The notes under the pieces are model-generated. The model saw nothing but the letters and a program-made list of their open reading frames with translations. It was not told where the DNA came from and ran no database searches. Source: Lama guanicoe (Eukaryota). Taken from it: a DNA stretch of 64,000 nt. This document shows, piece after piece, positions 13,816-27,644 of this stretch; the first letter of the stretch is position 1; every line of letters begins with the position of its first letter. Location: contig MU054037.1 in the NCBI GenBank assembly GCA_013239625.1, positions 498,001 through 562,000 on the forward strand, in the 5' to 3' direction. The translations under genes were made by a program, and so were the position numbers.

Positions 13816-14569
13816 CGGACTTCACCTCCCCCCATGGAGCTCCATGTGCATCCCTTCTGAGAACCAGGGGCTGCAGAGGGTAGAACCATGTAGACAAGCA
13901 TCACGGAGAAGACTTGGCTTTAACTTACTGGTAGACTGCTTCACTTCCCAAGTAGCTTCAGTGCAGCCATCCAGTACACTTAATTACCTTCTGACGGGGT
14001 GCTCACCTCTTCACAGGCTCCCATAACCACCAGATACCAGCTCGTCTAGACTGTGCTCTCAGGCAAGCCCCCATAGACTCATGAGGCAGATTTCTAAGCA
14101 GCCGCAGTGGAACTAAACGGGCGCATTCGGTGTTCTTGGTTCAAACGCTATCAGAAGGATTGTATGAGCCCTGACTCATTTGGAGCTGGGTCACGAGAAA
14201 ACCTCTGTGGGGAAGGTGGTGACGTGCCCCTGTAAGTAAACTTGCCCCAGAGAACTCGCTCTGGAGGCCGGGGTCCTGCCTCTTCCCCTGGTGCGCCATT
14301 ACTCCTCGGGCTTCTCATTAGGGCCAACGTCTAGGCCTTTGAAGACCGAAACTTAGGGAGCCTTCTGGCCAGGCTGCCCTTCCCAAAATGATCACGTTGG
14401 GTTTCTCAGACTGGTGTATTTGGTGAACACTGGTGTTATCAGGTTGGCGCAGCTCAGGCATGAAGGGTTTTTCTGAATCAGCCTACATCCTTTATCCCCA
14501 CCTACATAAAATCCGAGTATCACAATCTCCTCTCCATCATTTCTGTCTTTGGGGGAAAACTTTTCTTAA

Positions 14570-17295
14570 ACTTAACCGAACCTTTTATTTTGCAGTAATT
14601 ATAGATTCACATGCAGCTATAGGAAACAATACAGAAAGATCCCCTATACCCTTTACCCAGTTTCCATCAATGGTTACATCCGGAAAACTATAGCACGATA
14701 TCAAAAATAGAATATTGACATGTATATGGCCAAGATACAGAACATTTCTGTCACCACAAGGATTCCTCAGATTCCCTTTTATAGTCACACCCGCTTCCCT
14801 CCCCGGGACCCCCCTTAACCCCTGGCAGCCCTGCCATCTGATCTCCATTTCTCTAATTTTGTTATTTTGAGAAAGTTCTACTAATGGAATCACACAGTCT
14901 GTGACTGATTTATTTCATTTAGCATAATGTCCTCAGTTTTCATTCATGTTGCAGCATGTGACAGCATTTCCTTTTTTTTTCTTTACTGCTGAATAATATT
15001 TCATTATCTGAATATAACACATTTTCTTTATCCATTTATCTGTCAACGGACATTTAGGTTGCTTCCACCTCTCAGCTCTTGTGAACAATGCTGCAATGAA
15101 CATGAGTATGCAGAGATTTCTTTGAAAGCCTGATTTTAATTCTTTTGGATATATATCCAGAGGTTGCTGGCTCATATGGTAGTTCTATTTTTAACTTTTT
15201 GAGAAACCTCCATAGTGGTTTCCATAGTGCTGCGCCATTTTACATTCCCACCAACAGTGCGCAGGGTCCTATTTCTTCATCCCCATCAACACTTACTATT
15301 TTCTGGGTTTTTGTTGTTGTTGTTACTGGTTTTTGGTAGCAGCTACCCTAATGGGTGTAAGGTGATATATCTCATGGCTCTGATTTGCATTTCCCTGATG
15401 ATTAGTGAGCATCTTTTCACATGGTTGTTGTCCACTGCGTATCTTTTTGGAGAAATGTCAGTTTAAATCCTTTGCCCATTTAAGAAATTGGGTTATTTGG
15501 GTTTTTTGTTTGTTTGTTTTGGGGTTGTAGGAATTCTTTATACACTCTGGATATTAACCTTTCATCAAATACATGGTTTGCAAGTATTTTCTCTCATTCC
15601 ATAGATTGCCTTTTAACTCTATTGATTGTTTTCTTTGCTGTGTAGAAGCTTTTTAGTTTAATGTCCCGCTTGTCTAATTTTGATTTTGTTGCCTGTGCCT
15701 TTGGTGTCATATTCAAGAAATCATTGCCAAGATTAGTGTCATGAAGCTTTCCCCTGTTTTCTCTAGGAGTTTTACGGTTTCAGGTCCTACATTAAGTCTT
15801 CAATTCATTTTTAGTTGATTTTTGTATATGGTGAGATAAAGGTCCAGTTTCATTCTTTTGTACACAGATGTCCAGTTTTCTCAATACCATTTTTTGGAGA
15901 CACTGTCCTTTCTGCATTATGTATCCTTGACATCTTTATCAAAGATCATTTGACCTTACATGCCAGGGTTTATCTTCTGGGCTCTGTATTCTGTTCCATT
16001 GGTCTATATGTCTATCTTTATGCCAATACCATGCTGTTTTGGCTGTAGCTTTGCAATATGCTTTGATATCAAGAGATATGATACCTTTTATTTTTCTTCC
16101 TCAAGGTTTTTTTTTTTTTTATTTTGGCTATTAAGGATCCTTTAAGATGCCATATGAATATTGGGATCCCCCCCTCATTTCTGCAAAAAATGCCGTTGGG
16201 ATTTAGATAGGGATTGCATTGAATCTGTAGATCGCTCTGGGTGGTAGGGACATTTTAACAATGTTAATTCTTCTAATCCATGAACATGGATGTATTCCAT
16301 TTATTTGTGTCTTCAGTTTCTTCCATCAATGTTTCATAGTTTTCAGTACAAGTCTTTCACCTCCTCGGTTAAATTTATTCCTAAGAATTTTATTCTTTTG
16401 ATGCTATTATATGTGGGATTGTTTCCTTAATTGTCTTCTTGGATTCTTTGTTAGTGTATAGAAACACAATCAATTTTTGTGTGTTGATTTTATATCCTGT
16501 AACTTTGCTGAATTTTTTTATTAGTTTTAACAATTCTTTGGTGTGTGGAGGCTTTAGGATTTTCTACATATAAGATCATATCATCTGTGAACAGATACAG
16601 TTTTACTTCTTTCTTTCCAACTTGGATGCCTTTTATTTCCTTTTCTTGGTACTTCTAGTACTATGTCGAGTGGAAGTGTTAAGAATGGGCATCCTTTACC
16701 TTTTTCCTGATCTTGGAGGAAAAACTTAGTTTGTCAGTATTGAGTGTGATGTTAGGTATAAGCTTGTCATACGCGGCCTTTATTATGTTGAAGTAGTTTC
16801 CTTCTATTCCTGGTTTGTTTAAATTAACATTTTTATCGTGAAAGTATGTTGAATTTTGTCACGTACTTTTTCTGCATCAATTGAGATGATGTGGTTTTTG
16901 TCTTCAGTCTTCACTCTGTTAATCTAGTGTATTAATTACATTGACTGATTTTTGTATGTTGAGCCATCTTTGCCTTGCAGAAGTAAATCCCACTTACTCA
17001 TTGTTTATAATGTCCTGTTGAATTCAGTTTGCTGAGGATTTTTGTATCAGGATTCATCAAGGGTGTTGGTCTGCAGTTTTCTCTTCCTGTAGTATCTTTG
17101 TCTGGTCTTGGTATCAGGGTAATGCTGGCCTCATAGAATGAATTTGTAAGTGTTCCCTTCTCTTCAGTTTCTTTTGGGAAGACTTTGAGAAGGATTGGTG
17201 TTAATTCTTATTTAAATGTTTAGTGGAATTCTCCAGTGAAGCCATCTGGCCCTGGGCTGTTTGTTTTTGGGAGATTTTTGATTACTGATTCAAGT
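14570..17295 (-). mobile_element. Old L1 (L1M-type) 3' UTR and ORF2 fragments, antisense in PDLIM1 intron 4
   Basis: Minus-strand ORF fragments resemble the L1 ORF2 C-terminus ([28 protein letters not shown]); many stops and frameshifts; probably two L1 pieces. Confidence 0.9.
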
Positions 17296-19129
17296 TTAAA
17301 AGAAAGTTAACGAGCCCCTTATGTTCCCACTCTGGTCACTTCACTGTTTTGATGGAGTAGACTCTCATCCCTGGGTTACTGTCCCAGACCACGAGTGTGC
17401 TTTTTCTCTGTCCCCCTTGACCTTCTGCCCTTCGCCCAGCTACTTGCTTGACTGGAGCCGACCTTTGGGTCATAGAAGGTCTGCAGGCTCAGCCTCTGAA
17501 ATCCTCCTGGAGACGAGCTCACGGGGAGTTTTCTTCTGATGTTCAAAAGACCACCGGCCTTACACGCCTGGCTCTGTGAGCCACCTTGTCAGACAGGGAG
17601 TGGCCTGGCTGTGATGTCCCTGGGGAGGCAGTCCCTGTGGTTGGGGTCTAAAAGAGTGGGAGAAAATATTAAACATTTAATGAACTGATGTACATTCAGC
17701 GATGCGTCTGACTCAGGGAGGAACAAGAACTAGGAAACACAAAGAGTATAATGGATAGTTACTCCAAAGGAGCTGAATTTGATTAAACTCTTCTATTTTG
17801 CTATTAAAATTATAAAGACTACGCTTACTTTTAGTGTTCCACCCTCACAAATTTTTCTTCTGGTGACTCAGTCATGTGTCTTATATTTTTTGAAACCTTA
17901 TCACTACTGAATTCTTTCTTTCACTGCTGTTACTATATATAATAAAGAGAGTGCTTTTTTGGGGGGATCCATTTCCAATGCATGTTTTTGTCTAGAATTA
18001 TTTTGTAATACATTACGGTCTCATTTGTCCATACTTGATAGTCTAATGTCTTAAGAGTTAGGCTTTGTGTCTTAGGATATTATTTTTGAATTAAGCAGAT
18101 CAAAGGTTCACATAAGGTGATGGGTATTGAAAGTGCTTTATAAGTTGTCAAGTAGTAGAAAGATATCATCATTATTTGAGAATAAATAATAAATTGTTTC
18201 TTTTTTGTAATCATGGAAATATTTTGCAAGACTGTTTGCTGGAAGAATATGTGATGACCTTGTGGTTTGGGTTTGTCATTTTTAGCGTTCCCTCGGTGGC
18301 TTCCAGACATAACAACATACACCAAAGAAGGGGAAAAATTCTCCCCAAGAACATTCCATGGTCTGATCTTGATTTTAAAATAGTTCCAAGTGTAATAGAA
18401 AAAAAAATTTGTCAAAATAACGTAATACATTTATTATAGGGCAAGCTCAGAACTCAAGACCCAAAGAAAGAGGCATGTAACTCAGTCGACAGGGCTGCAA
18501 AGGTGGGCCAGAGGCAGACCGTGGCCCCTGGTTCCAGCTACTCAAGGTGGGCCGTTGCCTACCTGGGGGATGGGAGTTTCCCACAGTTCCCTGTGGGTGG
18601 GAGGGAGAGAGACATGGGCAGGGACCCGCAGCTGTGGGCAGGCAGGGGTGGTGGCATCCCTTCCCCCAACTGCAGCCTGCAGAGTGACCAGCTGGTGAGT
18701 CTCTCCACTTGAATTTTGACCTGCCCTGACAGCAGCAGAGCATGCGTCACTCTCTGAGGGCTTTGTCCTCTATTGTGAGAACCTGGTTGTATTAAAGAGA
18801 AAACCTGGAGCTTCACTGAGGCGAGCGACCCTACTTCCAGCTGGGTACTTGAGTCGCATTTAAAATGGAATGTGAACTAATTATACGATGGGTGGGTGAT
18901 AAATTGCACCACCCGCTGGTATTTCCTCTTTGGCTCCACTGGGCACACTGTCCCTCTTCTCTTGAGAGTGTTAGCTTTTGAAAAATAAGGCTGAGAGTCA
19001 GGAGGTGATCTGAGCCCAGGAGAGTGGACTGCCCAGTTCCCTAGCACAGCCCTGGGGGATTCCCTGTGACCCCGCAGGAGGAGGGAGAGGGTGCAGCAAA
19101 GAGGAGAGAGGGACTTGATCCAATTGCCA

Positions 19130-19920
19130 ACTTGCATTCACTTCCCAGACACCTGCTGAGCCCTGACCCTGTGCCAGGCACTGATCCAGGGGGGTAAGTG
19201 ATGGTGACAGGACTGGCCGGGGCCCTGCCCTCATGGGGCTTACTTTCAAGGGGGAGACAGACAAATAAAGAAACAAGTATAAGCTGGCAAGAGAGTGGGA
19301 AACGACATGGGGAGAGATGCAGCAGAGCAAGGGGGAAGAGTGATGGAGGTGGGGGCTCTTTTAAGTTGAGGGTCAGGGACTCTCTGAGGAGGGACGTCTG
19401 AGCAGAGACGTGCGGGCTACAGGGCTATCTGGGGAGGGAGGGTTCCAGGCAGCGGGAGCAGGACGTGCAAAGACCCCGAGGCTGGTGGTGTAGAAACCCC
19501 ATGAAGGCCTATCCGCCTGGAGTGAGCAAGGAGTGACAAGCTATGTGTTTGGAGAGGGAAGCAGAGCCCCATTTTTGAGGGCCTTTTGACTTTTTGTAAT
19601 GAATATTTACTCCAAAGGAGATGAATTTGGTTAAGCTTGTGTTTTGTTATTAAAACTGTAAATATTTGGTTTTCAGTCAGATGAGAACACTTAAGCCATG
19701 TCATGACACAGTCTGATTCTCCCATTTAAAATGTAATCACTCCGGCCTCTGGTCAAAAGTAAGGCTGTCCTGGGGCTGAGAGTGGCAGCAGCGGGACAAG
19801 TTAGGAAGCCAGTCAGCTGTCCTGTGCACGGATGGCGTGGCTGGGACAGGTGGCGGAGGGGCGGGGTGAGAAGGGGTGGGACTCAGGATAGCCGGCCCAG
19901 GTAAAGCTGACTGGAGTCCA
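19130..19920 (-). mobile_element. L2 LINE remnant
   Basis: tgtgccaggcactg...ggccctgccctcatggggcttac...gagggttccaggcagcgggagcag. Confidence 0.6.
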
Positions 19921-20731
19921 CCTCCCTTTCACTCCTCCTTTCCGGAGACCAGGCAGCAATGGCTCCTCCCCTGGAACCTGGACCCCGGGGAACAAGGCTC
20001 CCAGCTCTGCCTGTCTCGTCCTGTTGTGGGGAACCCAGAAGGACAGGGGAGGCGTGGGCAGCAAGGCCTGGCTCGCCCAGTCTCTGGCCTGAGCTGGGGC
20101 CTCTGCCCGCTTCCTGACCTGCAACAGCATTTCACTGTTTTCAAAGCACTTGCCTTTCTCATCCTTGCCAACCATCTGTGAACGGGGCAGGGCAGACACT
20201 GTGACCTCTGCGTGGGAGGTGAAGAGACCACAGAGCCCCGCCATGAGAATTATGAGAGTTTTTAGAGACAGAGAAGGCACTTTGATAGCATCAGGAAGAA
20301 AGAACACTGATTTCTGCCCTGGGGAAAGAATGCATGTGGCCCGCGTGGAGGGGACCCAGCTGAGTATTTAGTGCTCAGGTGTCGTGGTTGACATTTTCCC
20401 TCTTCTAAATTTTCTTTTGCCATAATGTTGTTTATGTAACATTTATGTTGTTTCTGTGTTCAGAAAGAAGCACAGCATCCCCATTCCATGGGATTAGGCC
20501 AAAAAGTAATTGCATTACTGAAACTACTGGGAAAATAGCCTCTTAGTGCGGGAGAGTGCATGGAAGCTCTGCCCACAGATAGCCCACAGCGTTGGCCGGA
20601 GTCTGAGGCTGTGTTCAGAGAGGGCTCTGTCCATCGGGATACTTTCTGTTCACCCTTCCTTTGGCGGCATCTTCGCGTAGGTGGGGGTGCCCGGTGACAA
20701 GTTCTAATGACCTTACGCGCATTCCTTACAG

Positions 20732-20883
20732 CTTAGACCATTCTCAGCTTCCCAGCGGACTCGTCATCGACAGAGAATCTGAAGTTTACAAGATGCTCCA
20801 GGAGAAACAGGAGTTAAATGAGCCTCCGAAACAGTCCACTTCATTCCTGGTTTTGCAGGAAATCCTGGAGTCTGAGGAGAAAG
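20732..20883 (+). CDS. PDLIM1: PDLIM1 exon 5
   Basis: acag|C...AAAG|gtaacc; 152 bp; LDHSQLPSGLVIDRESEVYKMLQEKQELNEPPKQSTSFLVLQEILESEEK. Confidence 0.97.
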
Positions 20884-22446
20884 GTAACCAGCCGTGTGTG
20901 TGGTCAGAGGCTCTTGTTCAAGGCCTGGGGCGAGGGATAGTCCTTGCTGCAACCCAGTGAACACAGCCCTGAGTGGGTGGAAATGGAACTGTGTGCTTTG
21001 GAAGGCATGGCCCTTAAAGTGCAAAAGCTCTTAAGGAGAGAGGACGTGAGCCCCTAGCCGGACCTGGCTCGCTGTTTCCTGTCACAGGAGCGTTGAGTGG
21101 TGGAGGCGGGGTGAGCTTGACTGTTGGGGACTCTGTTGGTTTGTCCCCTGGTCGCTCGTTTGGTTTGAGCCCACACACCCTGCTCCTGTGGCAAGTGGCC
21201 CATGTGGGTGGGTGGAGGCTGTGGACTACAACACACAGATTGAAATGAGTCAGTAGCACAGGGAAGCCAGGCGCCGGGCCTCCCTCTGGGGCCATGTGCT
21301 TATTCCTGCTTTGAGGTGGACGGCCTCCTGAGAGCCTGAGGGCCCCCCATTTGGTCCACATACCCCCCTGGCCTCCACCGTGTGACCTTAGGTGAGTCTC
21401 TGAACCTTTCCAGGCCTATTTGCTCATCTGTCAATTGGGGATAAAATCCTTTCCTCTAAGATTAGTGTGAGGATCAGATGTCATAAATTGCACAAAACAC
21501 CCATCACCATGAATGGCACAAAGTAGGTGCTTCTTAACCATTACGATGTTTGAAACCTCATCAAGACACTCCAGGCCAGCCTTCGCTTGCTTGTCCACGT
21601 GAGCTCTGATGCCCTTGGTGCCCAGGGCCCCCCATGTGCCTCTGCAGGTCTCAGAAGATGGTCTTTGCACCACAGACTTCAGATACTGTGTCTAAAAAAC
21701 AAAATAATTTTCAAATGGATAGCAGCAAGCTATCTCAGTGTAACAGCAACAGTGCATTATGAGAAATTTGGGGCAGGTGGGTGTGTTGCCAAAGGGATGC
21801 TTTTTCCTCTTTCTCACAAAGGTGACCTGTGAGCAGCAGCTCTCAGGCTGACCGACCTCCCAGGTGGTCATTCACAAGTGCCTTCTGATTCTCACCGTCA
21901 GCCCAGCTACCAGTGACTTCCGGAGAGTTGGGTTTTGCATCCTTTCCTAGTCTTGGCGACAGCCAGCTGTCTACACTCTGCCCGGTCCGTTTCCTCGACG
22001 CTTGATGAAGTCCTGCCCTCTCCTGCTTTCCTCCTCTTCCCAGATGCCCATGGTGAAGAGACAGTGGGTACTTCTGGGAGGGACACTTGGTGGTTCTGCT
22101 AGTGAGACCTGCTTTAGCCAGGCTCCAGAGGGACTGGCTCTTTGCACAGGGCAGCCAGAGAGGCACAGAGCTGAGTGCCCTCTGGAAGAGGACCCTTCCT
22201 CCTGGAAGCCTCTAGTGTGGAGTTCCAGCTTCCTGGGAGTTCTTCCTAAGCTGAAAGTTCCCTACTGAACACACCCAGCACCCAGGCCTCCTCCCCATTT
22301 GGGTGGGTTCTTTAGAGAAATTGGCAATTTACAAGCATAGGAAATTAGGAAAATTCTTCTTTTAGGCTAAAAGGATCCTGTTCTAACAGCAGTTTTCCCC
22401 TTTGCTTGGAGTACCTGTGCAGTTTGGAAGGGATGAGTCATACTCT

Positions 22447-23020
22447 GTATTCAGTTCTAGTATTAGCCAACTGACAGGTGACTCGGGGGGCCAACACTCG
22501 AGGATGATGGTTAATACGTGAGAAACTGCAACTTACTCTACTCTGAATACATGGCTACAGTTAAGAGAGGAAAAGTCCTCCAGCCCAAAGGAGGACATAG
22601 ACATTGCAGGGCTCGTCTCATGGAATGCCCTCCAGTCACAGAGGTCACAGAGAAGGACGTGAAGCCCAGGATCTCTGAGCTGCTGTGAGGCAGCAGCTCC
22701 CTGCTCATCAGGATCTTGACCCCTTCCATCCTGTGTTCCACCCACCAAGCCAGTGGCTTCCATTCTCAAGGTTGCCTCTTGGTCCTAGTTGGCAGCTGGT
22801 GCTCCAGCCATCATGCCCACTCCCAGGCACCAGGAAGAAAGAAGGGGGAAAGGGCTGTCTGGGCCGTTCCCCTTTCAGATGAACCAGCTTTCTCTTTGCC
22901 AGAGGTCCCACATGACTATTCCATTATATTTTGACCAGAATTTAGTCACATGGCCCTATCTAGCTGCAAAAGAGTCTGAGAATTATAGTTTTTCTCCCCT
23001 GGGCTGGATATCTTCTTGCC
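22447..23020. mobile_element. MaLR (MLT1-type) solo LTR
   Basis: Starts tgtattcagttc; contains aatttagtcacatggccctatctagctgcaa, characteristic of MLT1. Confidence 0.6.
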
Positions 23021-24494
23021 CCAAAGAAAACAAAAATTTTAATAAAAAGGAAGAGGGAGATAATAGACTTTGTAGTCTCTCCCTTATCTCTTAAAACGCA
23101 CTTGCATTAAATTTTCACTGAATGAAACAGCATAAATTCCAGTCTAGACATCCACCATGTACAGAAGGCCTCAGGGGAGGGAGCTTTGTTGAGTGGTGAA
23201 GTGGAAAGAAAAAAAGGCTGTGCTTTACTCCATTCATTTTCACTTTTTTCCAGAAAGCTTTGAGATGCAAGGTTCACTGGAAGAAGAGATATTTGCAGAT
23301 TTTTATAGTTGCCCAGAGTCTGGAGGGAGCTAATATTTTTACTATAAGCTAGTGGAGAGGGAAGGAAGTGAAATACCTTTGCAGTGTTGGCTGAATGAGT
23401 GAGAGAAGACAGTCGAGCCAGCAGGTGGCACTGCAGAACTGAACCAGCACACAGCCAACCTCTGCTCCTGAGTCGGACTTCTTCCACTTCATTTCTCTTT
23501 GTTCAAAAACGAATGTGGATTTTCCTCCTACCAAATAGGTCTCTGTGTCCCTCCTTCCTTCTCTCCTTCTACCCTCCTGCACCTCCTACCCTTTCCTGGT
23601 AGTTCTTTTTCTGTGAGAACCAGCCCATCACGTGGGAGATGCCGACCTCATTGAGTTGGTCCCTTCCACACAGTTTCCTTCCTAGACTGTCTACATGTGC
23701 AGAGATGCTGCCATTTCCTTCTCTTCACAGGGGTAGGCAGCCAAAGTGGTTCTAGCACCAACACCCAGAATGTGAGCTGCCCACCCACCTTCTGAGATCC
23801 CTCTAGGCAGGGCCAGGATCAGGATAAGGTGAGGGGGGCATTTGCTTTGGGTACAGAATTTAAGCTGGTACCCAAGAACTCAAGACAAAAATGATAATTT
23901 AATGCAACATTTTTGAAAAGGCAAAATTAATGCAAAAAAAAAATCCTATAATGAACAAAGCTGGGGCTGTGGCCAAGAGAGAGGAAGGTTTGGAAAGTGA
24001 CGAAGGTACCTTGGGCTCAGGGGTAACTGAAGCAACAGGGGGGTTTCCCCGATGCTCTGTGATGGGCCAGCATCCAGTCTTCCCCAAGCTGAGCCATAGC
24101 ACTGAAAGCAGTGGAAACTCTGGTGCCTTTTAATCCCTGTCCCTTCTCATGTGTTGCTGGATAGACATCCGTGTTCCTCAACTCCCCCATGCTGGAGGTT
24201 TCCAGGACTGGTAGGGAAACCTGCGAGACTGTGCCCTGAACACCCATGATAGGGCCACTAAAAATCCCAGGCTGCTTTTAAATATTCCTCCTTGTTCCCC
24301 ATAAGGCAGCAAAGTTTCCCAAGCTAGCTCTCACAGTCTGTTAGTCAGAAGTGGATTGCAGCAGCAAAGGCATTTTTGCTCTGTTACATGAGGGCTGCTG
24401 GTGAGCTCTGGCAGGCGGGGGGCCTGGCTCCATGACTTCATTGTGGGAGCCCAGCAGAGGGAGGTGTCGCTCTCCAGGGCTTGCTGTTCCCTTT

Positions 24495-25150
24495 TTTTTC
24501 TTTTTTTTTTAATTATAGTTGATTTACAATATTATGTTAGTTTAAGATGTACAACATAGTGATTCAGTATTTATAGATTATACTCCACTTAAAGTCATAA
24601 GGGGAGGGTACAGCTCAATGGTAGAGTGGTCTATGAGTGGTAGACCTTGTAGCATGCACAAGGTCCTGGGTTCAATTCCCAGTACCTCCATTAAAATAAA
24701 TAAAAGCCTAATTACCCCCTCAAAAGTAAAGTTATTATAAAATATGGACTGTATTCTCTGTGCTGTACCATATATCCTTGTAGCGTATTTATCTTATTTT
24801 ATTTATTTTTAAAAATTTTTTCAAGAAAGTAAAGTGATAGGATTTACTAAGTGATAGGATGCTCTCAGGTGGAGAGTGGGCAGGCTCAGGTGAGCAGCTG
24901 CTGCTTTGTATATAGTAGTTTACCTCTTAATTCTCTACCCCTATTTTGCTGCTCCCTCTCCCTACTGGTAATAACCACTAGTTTGTTCTCTTTATCTATG
25001 AGTCTGTTCCTGTTTTGTTATAGTCATTCTTTTTTAAAATTTTTTTAAATTCCACATTAAGTGATAACCTAGAACATTTGTCTTTCTCTGTCTGACTTAT
25101 TTCAGTGAGCATAATACCCTCCAGGTTCATCCAGGTTGTTACAAAAGGCA
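24495..25150 (-). mobile_element. L1 3' end interrupted by younger insertions
   Basis: Poly-T then aattatagttgatttacaatatt...ccaggttcatccaggttgttacaaaaggcaa. Confidence 0.8.
24601..24725 (+). mobile_element. tRNA-Ala-derived SINE (vic-1-like)
   Basis: ggggagggtacagctcaatggtagag...agcatgcacaaggtcctgggttcaattcccagtacctcca; A and B boxes. Confidence 0.85.
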
Positions 25151-25289
25151 AACTTTGTTACGGCAAAGGGCAGAAGCTCAGTGAAAGGAGGACCAGACCG
25201 CACAAACGCACTGAGTGCTTCTGCCCAAAGAGGCGGGCAGATTCCCTTGGCCAGAGCAAGTCTCCTGGCCGAACCCAGAGTGGGTTGGG

Positions 25290-25462
25290 TGGGTTTCCCC
25301 AGCCTTAGTGCTGTTGCCGTTTTGGCCCAGATGAGTCCTTGTGGTGGGGCTGTTGTGTGTGTTCTAGGACATTTAGCAGCATTCCTGACCCATACCCGCC
25401 TCCAGTTGCAACAACAAAAATTGTTGCTCAGGAACAAGCTCACCTCCAGTGGAGAATTACTG
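25290..25462. mobile_element. MER20-like hAT DNA transposon remnant
   Basis: ttgtggtggggctgttgtgtgtgttctaggacatttagcagcattcctgacc...ccagttgcaacaacaaaaa. Confidence 0.6.
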
Positions 25463-25747
25463 ACCTGCTGGGGAGCACGGCAAGGGTAGGGAGGGTACAG
25501 GTAATTGAGGACAAAATATATGGTCTACCACGCTCAGCCAACTATAAATGCCCCTTATTTGAACACACCTCAATTCTCAGTTCAGAAGTGCCGGTCAGCA
25601 TATGGGGACTCATTTTCTAGAAGGACAGGAGAGTGAGGGTCCTCATTTGTCAGCCTCAGGATTCCCCAGTGTAGCTGCAGTTCAGGGATGACCCTCCTCT
25701 CACCCCCTCACCTCACACACAAATCCTTTTTTTTCTTTGCTCTTGTC

Positions 25748-26112
25748 CTGTGGCTCTCAAAGTGTGGTTCCAAAGCCACCACCAGCAGCAACGGCAGCAG
25801 CTGAGAACACGTTAAAATCCAAGTTCTTGGGCCCTACCTCAGGCCTGCTGAGTCAAACTCTGGGAGCTGGGGCCCGGCAATCAGTGTTTTTAATAAACCC
25901 TCTGGGTGATTCTGATGCACAGCAAAGTCTGCAAACAGCAGTTTTAGTCTGAAGATGTGGATTTTAACCTGGAAGGTAGAACAGGAGCTCCTGGGGCTCC
26001 GTCCCTGGAGATGCTCTTTCAGCAGGTCTGGGGTAGAGTCCAGTCTGTGAATTTCATAAACTCCCTCCTGGTGCCTGAGATGCTCACAGATGCCCATTCA
26101 GAACCACTGGTG
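25748..26112. mobile_element. MER5-like hAT DNA transposon remnants (two adjacent)
   Basis: gtggctctcaaagtgtggt...gggtgattctgatgcacagcaaagtctg; second copy ends agaaccactgg. Confidence 0.65.
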
Positions 26113-27048
26113 CAGACTTCTCTAGCCTCCTAGTATGTTGGGAGGAAGGATTGACTATCCTGCATTTGTCATGTTTTGTAATTTATTTCTTCTGTATTGA
26201 TTAAGCTTCTGTTATTTGCTGATCCCGTGGTGGGCTCTGTGGAGTATTGAAAAGTACATAAAATTGGGTTCTGTGCTCCAACAGTTTGCAGTTTAGACAG
26301 AGAGACACATGTAAATAGCTGACAAACATAACAATACTTGCTAGGCCACATCACAGCAAAATAAATAAGTAAATAAGTGATGTGGAAACACAGCCTGCTA
26401 AATATATAGCAATAATAGTAATATTAGTAGCTTACCATTATTAATAGCTACCACGATACAGGGCTTTGCCTACGTGATGAACCAGGCTGTAGGCAGTTCA
26501 GCCCCAGCAACTAGGAACTTATTTTATACACACAAAGCTGACTGCAGGAGGGTGCTGGCTCTGCTCTGTAGCAGTGTTATATCTGGCTATGTGTAGCATG
26601 CTCGACTGCAACCACTTTGTTCTTCTCGAGAACTGGGTTTCTTTTGGCATCGAATTACACCGTCTTTTGAGTTTCAGATATTTTTATTTATTTATTTATT
26701 TATTTCATCTATGTAAAGCATTTTGAAGTTCCCGTATACATGTATTTAATCAGAATGTAATGTGATTTGTGTTTTGAGGGCTGTGTGCCAGCTTTTGTGG
26801 GAGAGCTTTATGTATCTTGAGATCTTTTTGTATCATTGTGAAATGGAAAACGATCTCTTATTTTACAGCAAAGGAAACTTTGGATCAGACACATTAAGTG
26901 ACTTGCCCAGGATCACACAGCAGAGTCAAATCTGACTCCAGTGCCCATGACCTTGCTGGAATATATATTTGAGTTACTCTGAAAGAGCTAAGTGGTACTT
27001 AGGCAATCTTGCCCTTCATGGACAACCCAAGTGTTTTCCTCCTTTTAG

Positions 27049-27166
27049 GGGATCCCAACAAACCCTCAGGATTCAGAAGTGTTAAGGCTCCAGTCACCAA
27101 AGTGGCTGCATCGATTGGAAATGCCCAGAAGTTGCCCATGTGTGACAAATGTGGCACCGGCATTGT
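27049..27166 (+). CDS. PDLIM1: PDLIM1 exon 6, start of LIM domain
   Basis: ttag|GG...ATTGT|gtgagt; 118 bp; [40 protein letters not shown]. Confidence 0.97.
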
Positions 27167-27458
27167 GTGAGTATCTGCCTCCCCCAGGCATCAGAGGCCC
27201 TGCAGGTTGGGTAAACCATGAACATGTGGAAAGTGCCAGATACTGCACATTTTGGGTGTGGTGGGGGAAAAACTCCTGCCTGGAAAATGGAGCACAGAGT
27301 CCAGGTAGATCCTGTGTCTCAGAGCCAGGTGATGAAGGCTTTCCTTGGCCATGGAACTCTTAGGGTATGAACATGTAAAACTAGAAAGAACAGGGCTGCT
27401 CTCCTGAAATGGGAAGGACTTCCAGAAGGCTTCAAGAGTAATGTCTCTGGACATTACA

Positions 27459-27594
27459 TTTGATGGGCCTGTTGGGTGGAGCCCCCCGCCTGGTGCCATA
27501 GGACTGACCAGCCCCTTGATGACTGGAGGCCAGCTGGGGGGCCTGATCTACCCTTTGATGGGCCTGTTGGGTGGAGCCCCCCGCTTGGTGCCAT
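27459..27594. repeat. 41-bp direct repeat, two copies (27459-27499 and 27554-27594)
   Basis: tttgatgggcctgttgggtggagccccccgc(c/t)tggtgccat; one mismatch. Confidence 0.95.
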
Positions 27595-27644
27595 CTTCAG
27601 GTGCCCATCACTAATGGAGCCCCTTTCCTCCCTCCCTCCTGTAG

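Noticed and set aside
19813..20307. 164-aa minus-strand ORF
   Set aside because: GC-rich intronic sequence overlapping an L2 remnant; no homology recognised.
27459..27594. Repeat-spacer-repeat pattern as a CRISPR-like array
   Set aside because: Only two copies, in a mammalian intron, with no cas genes; a simple local duplication.
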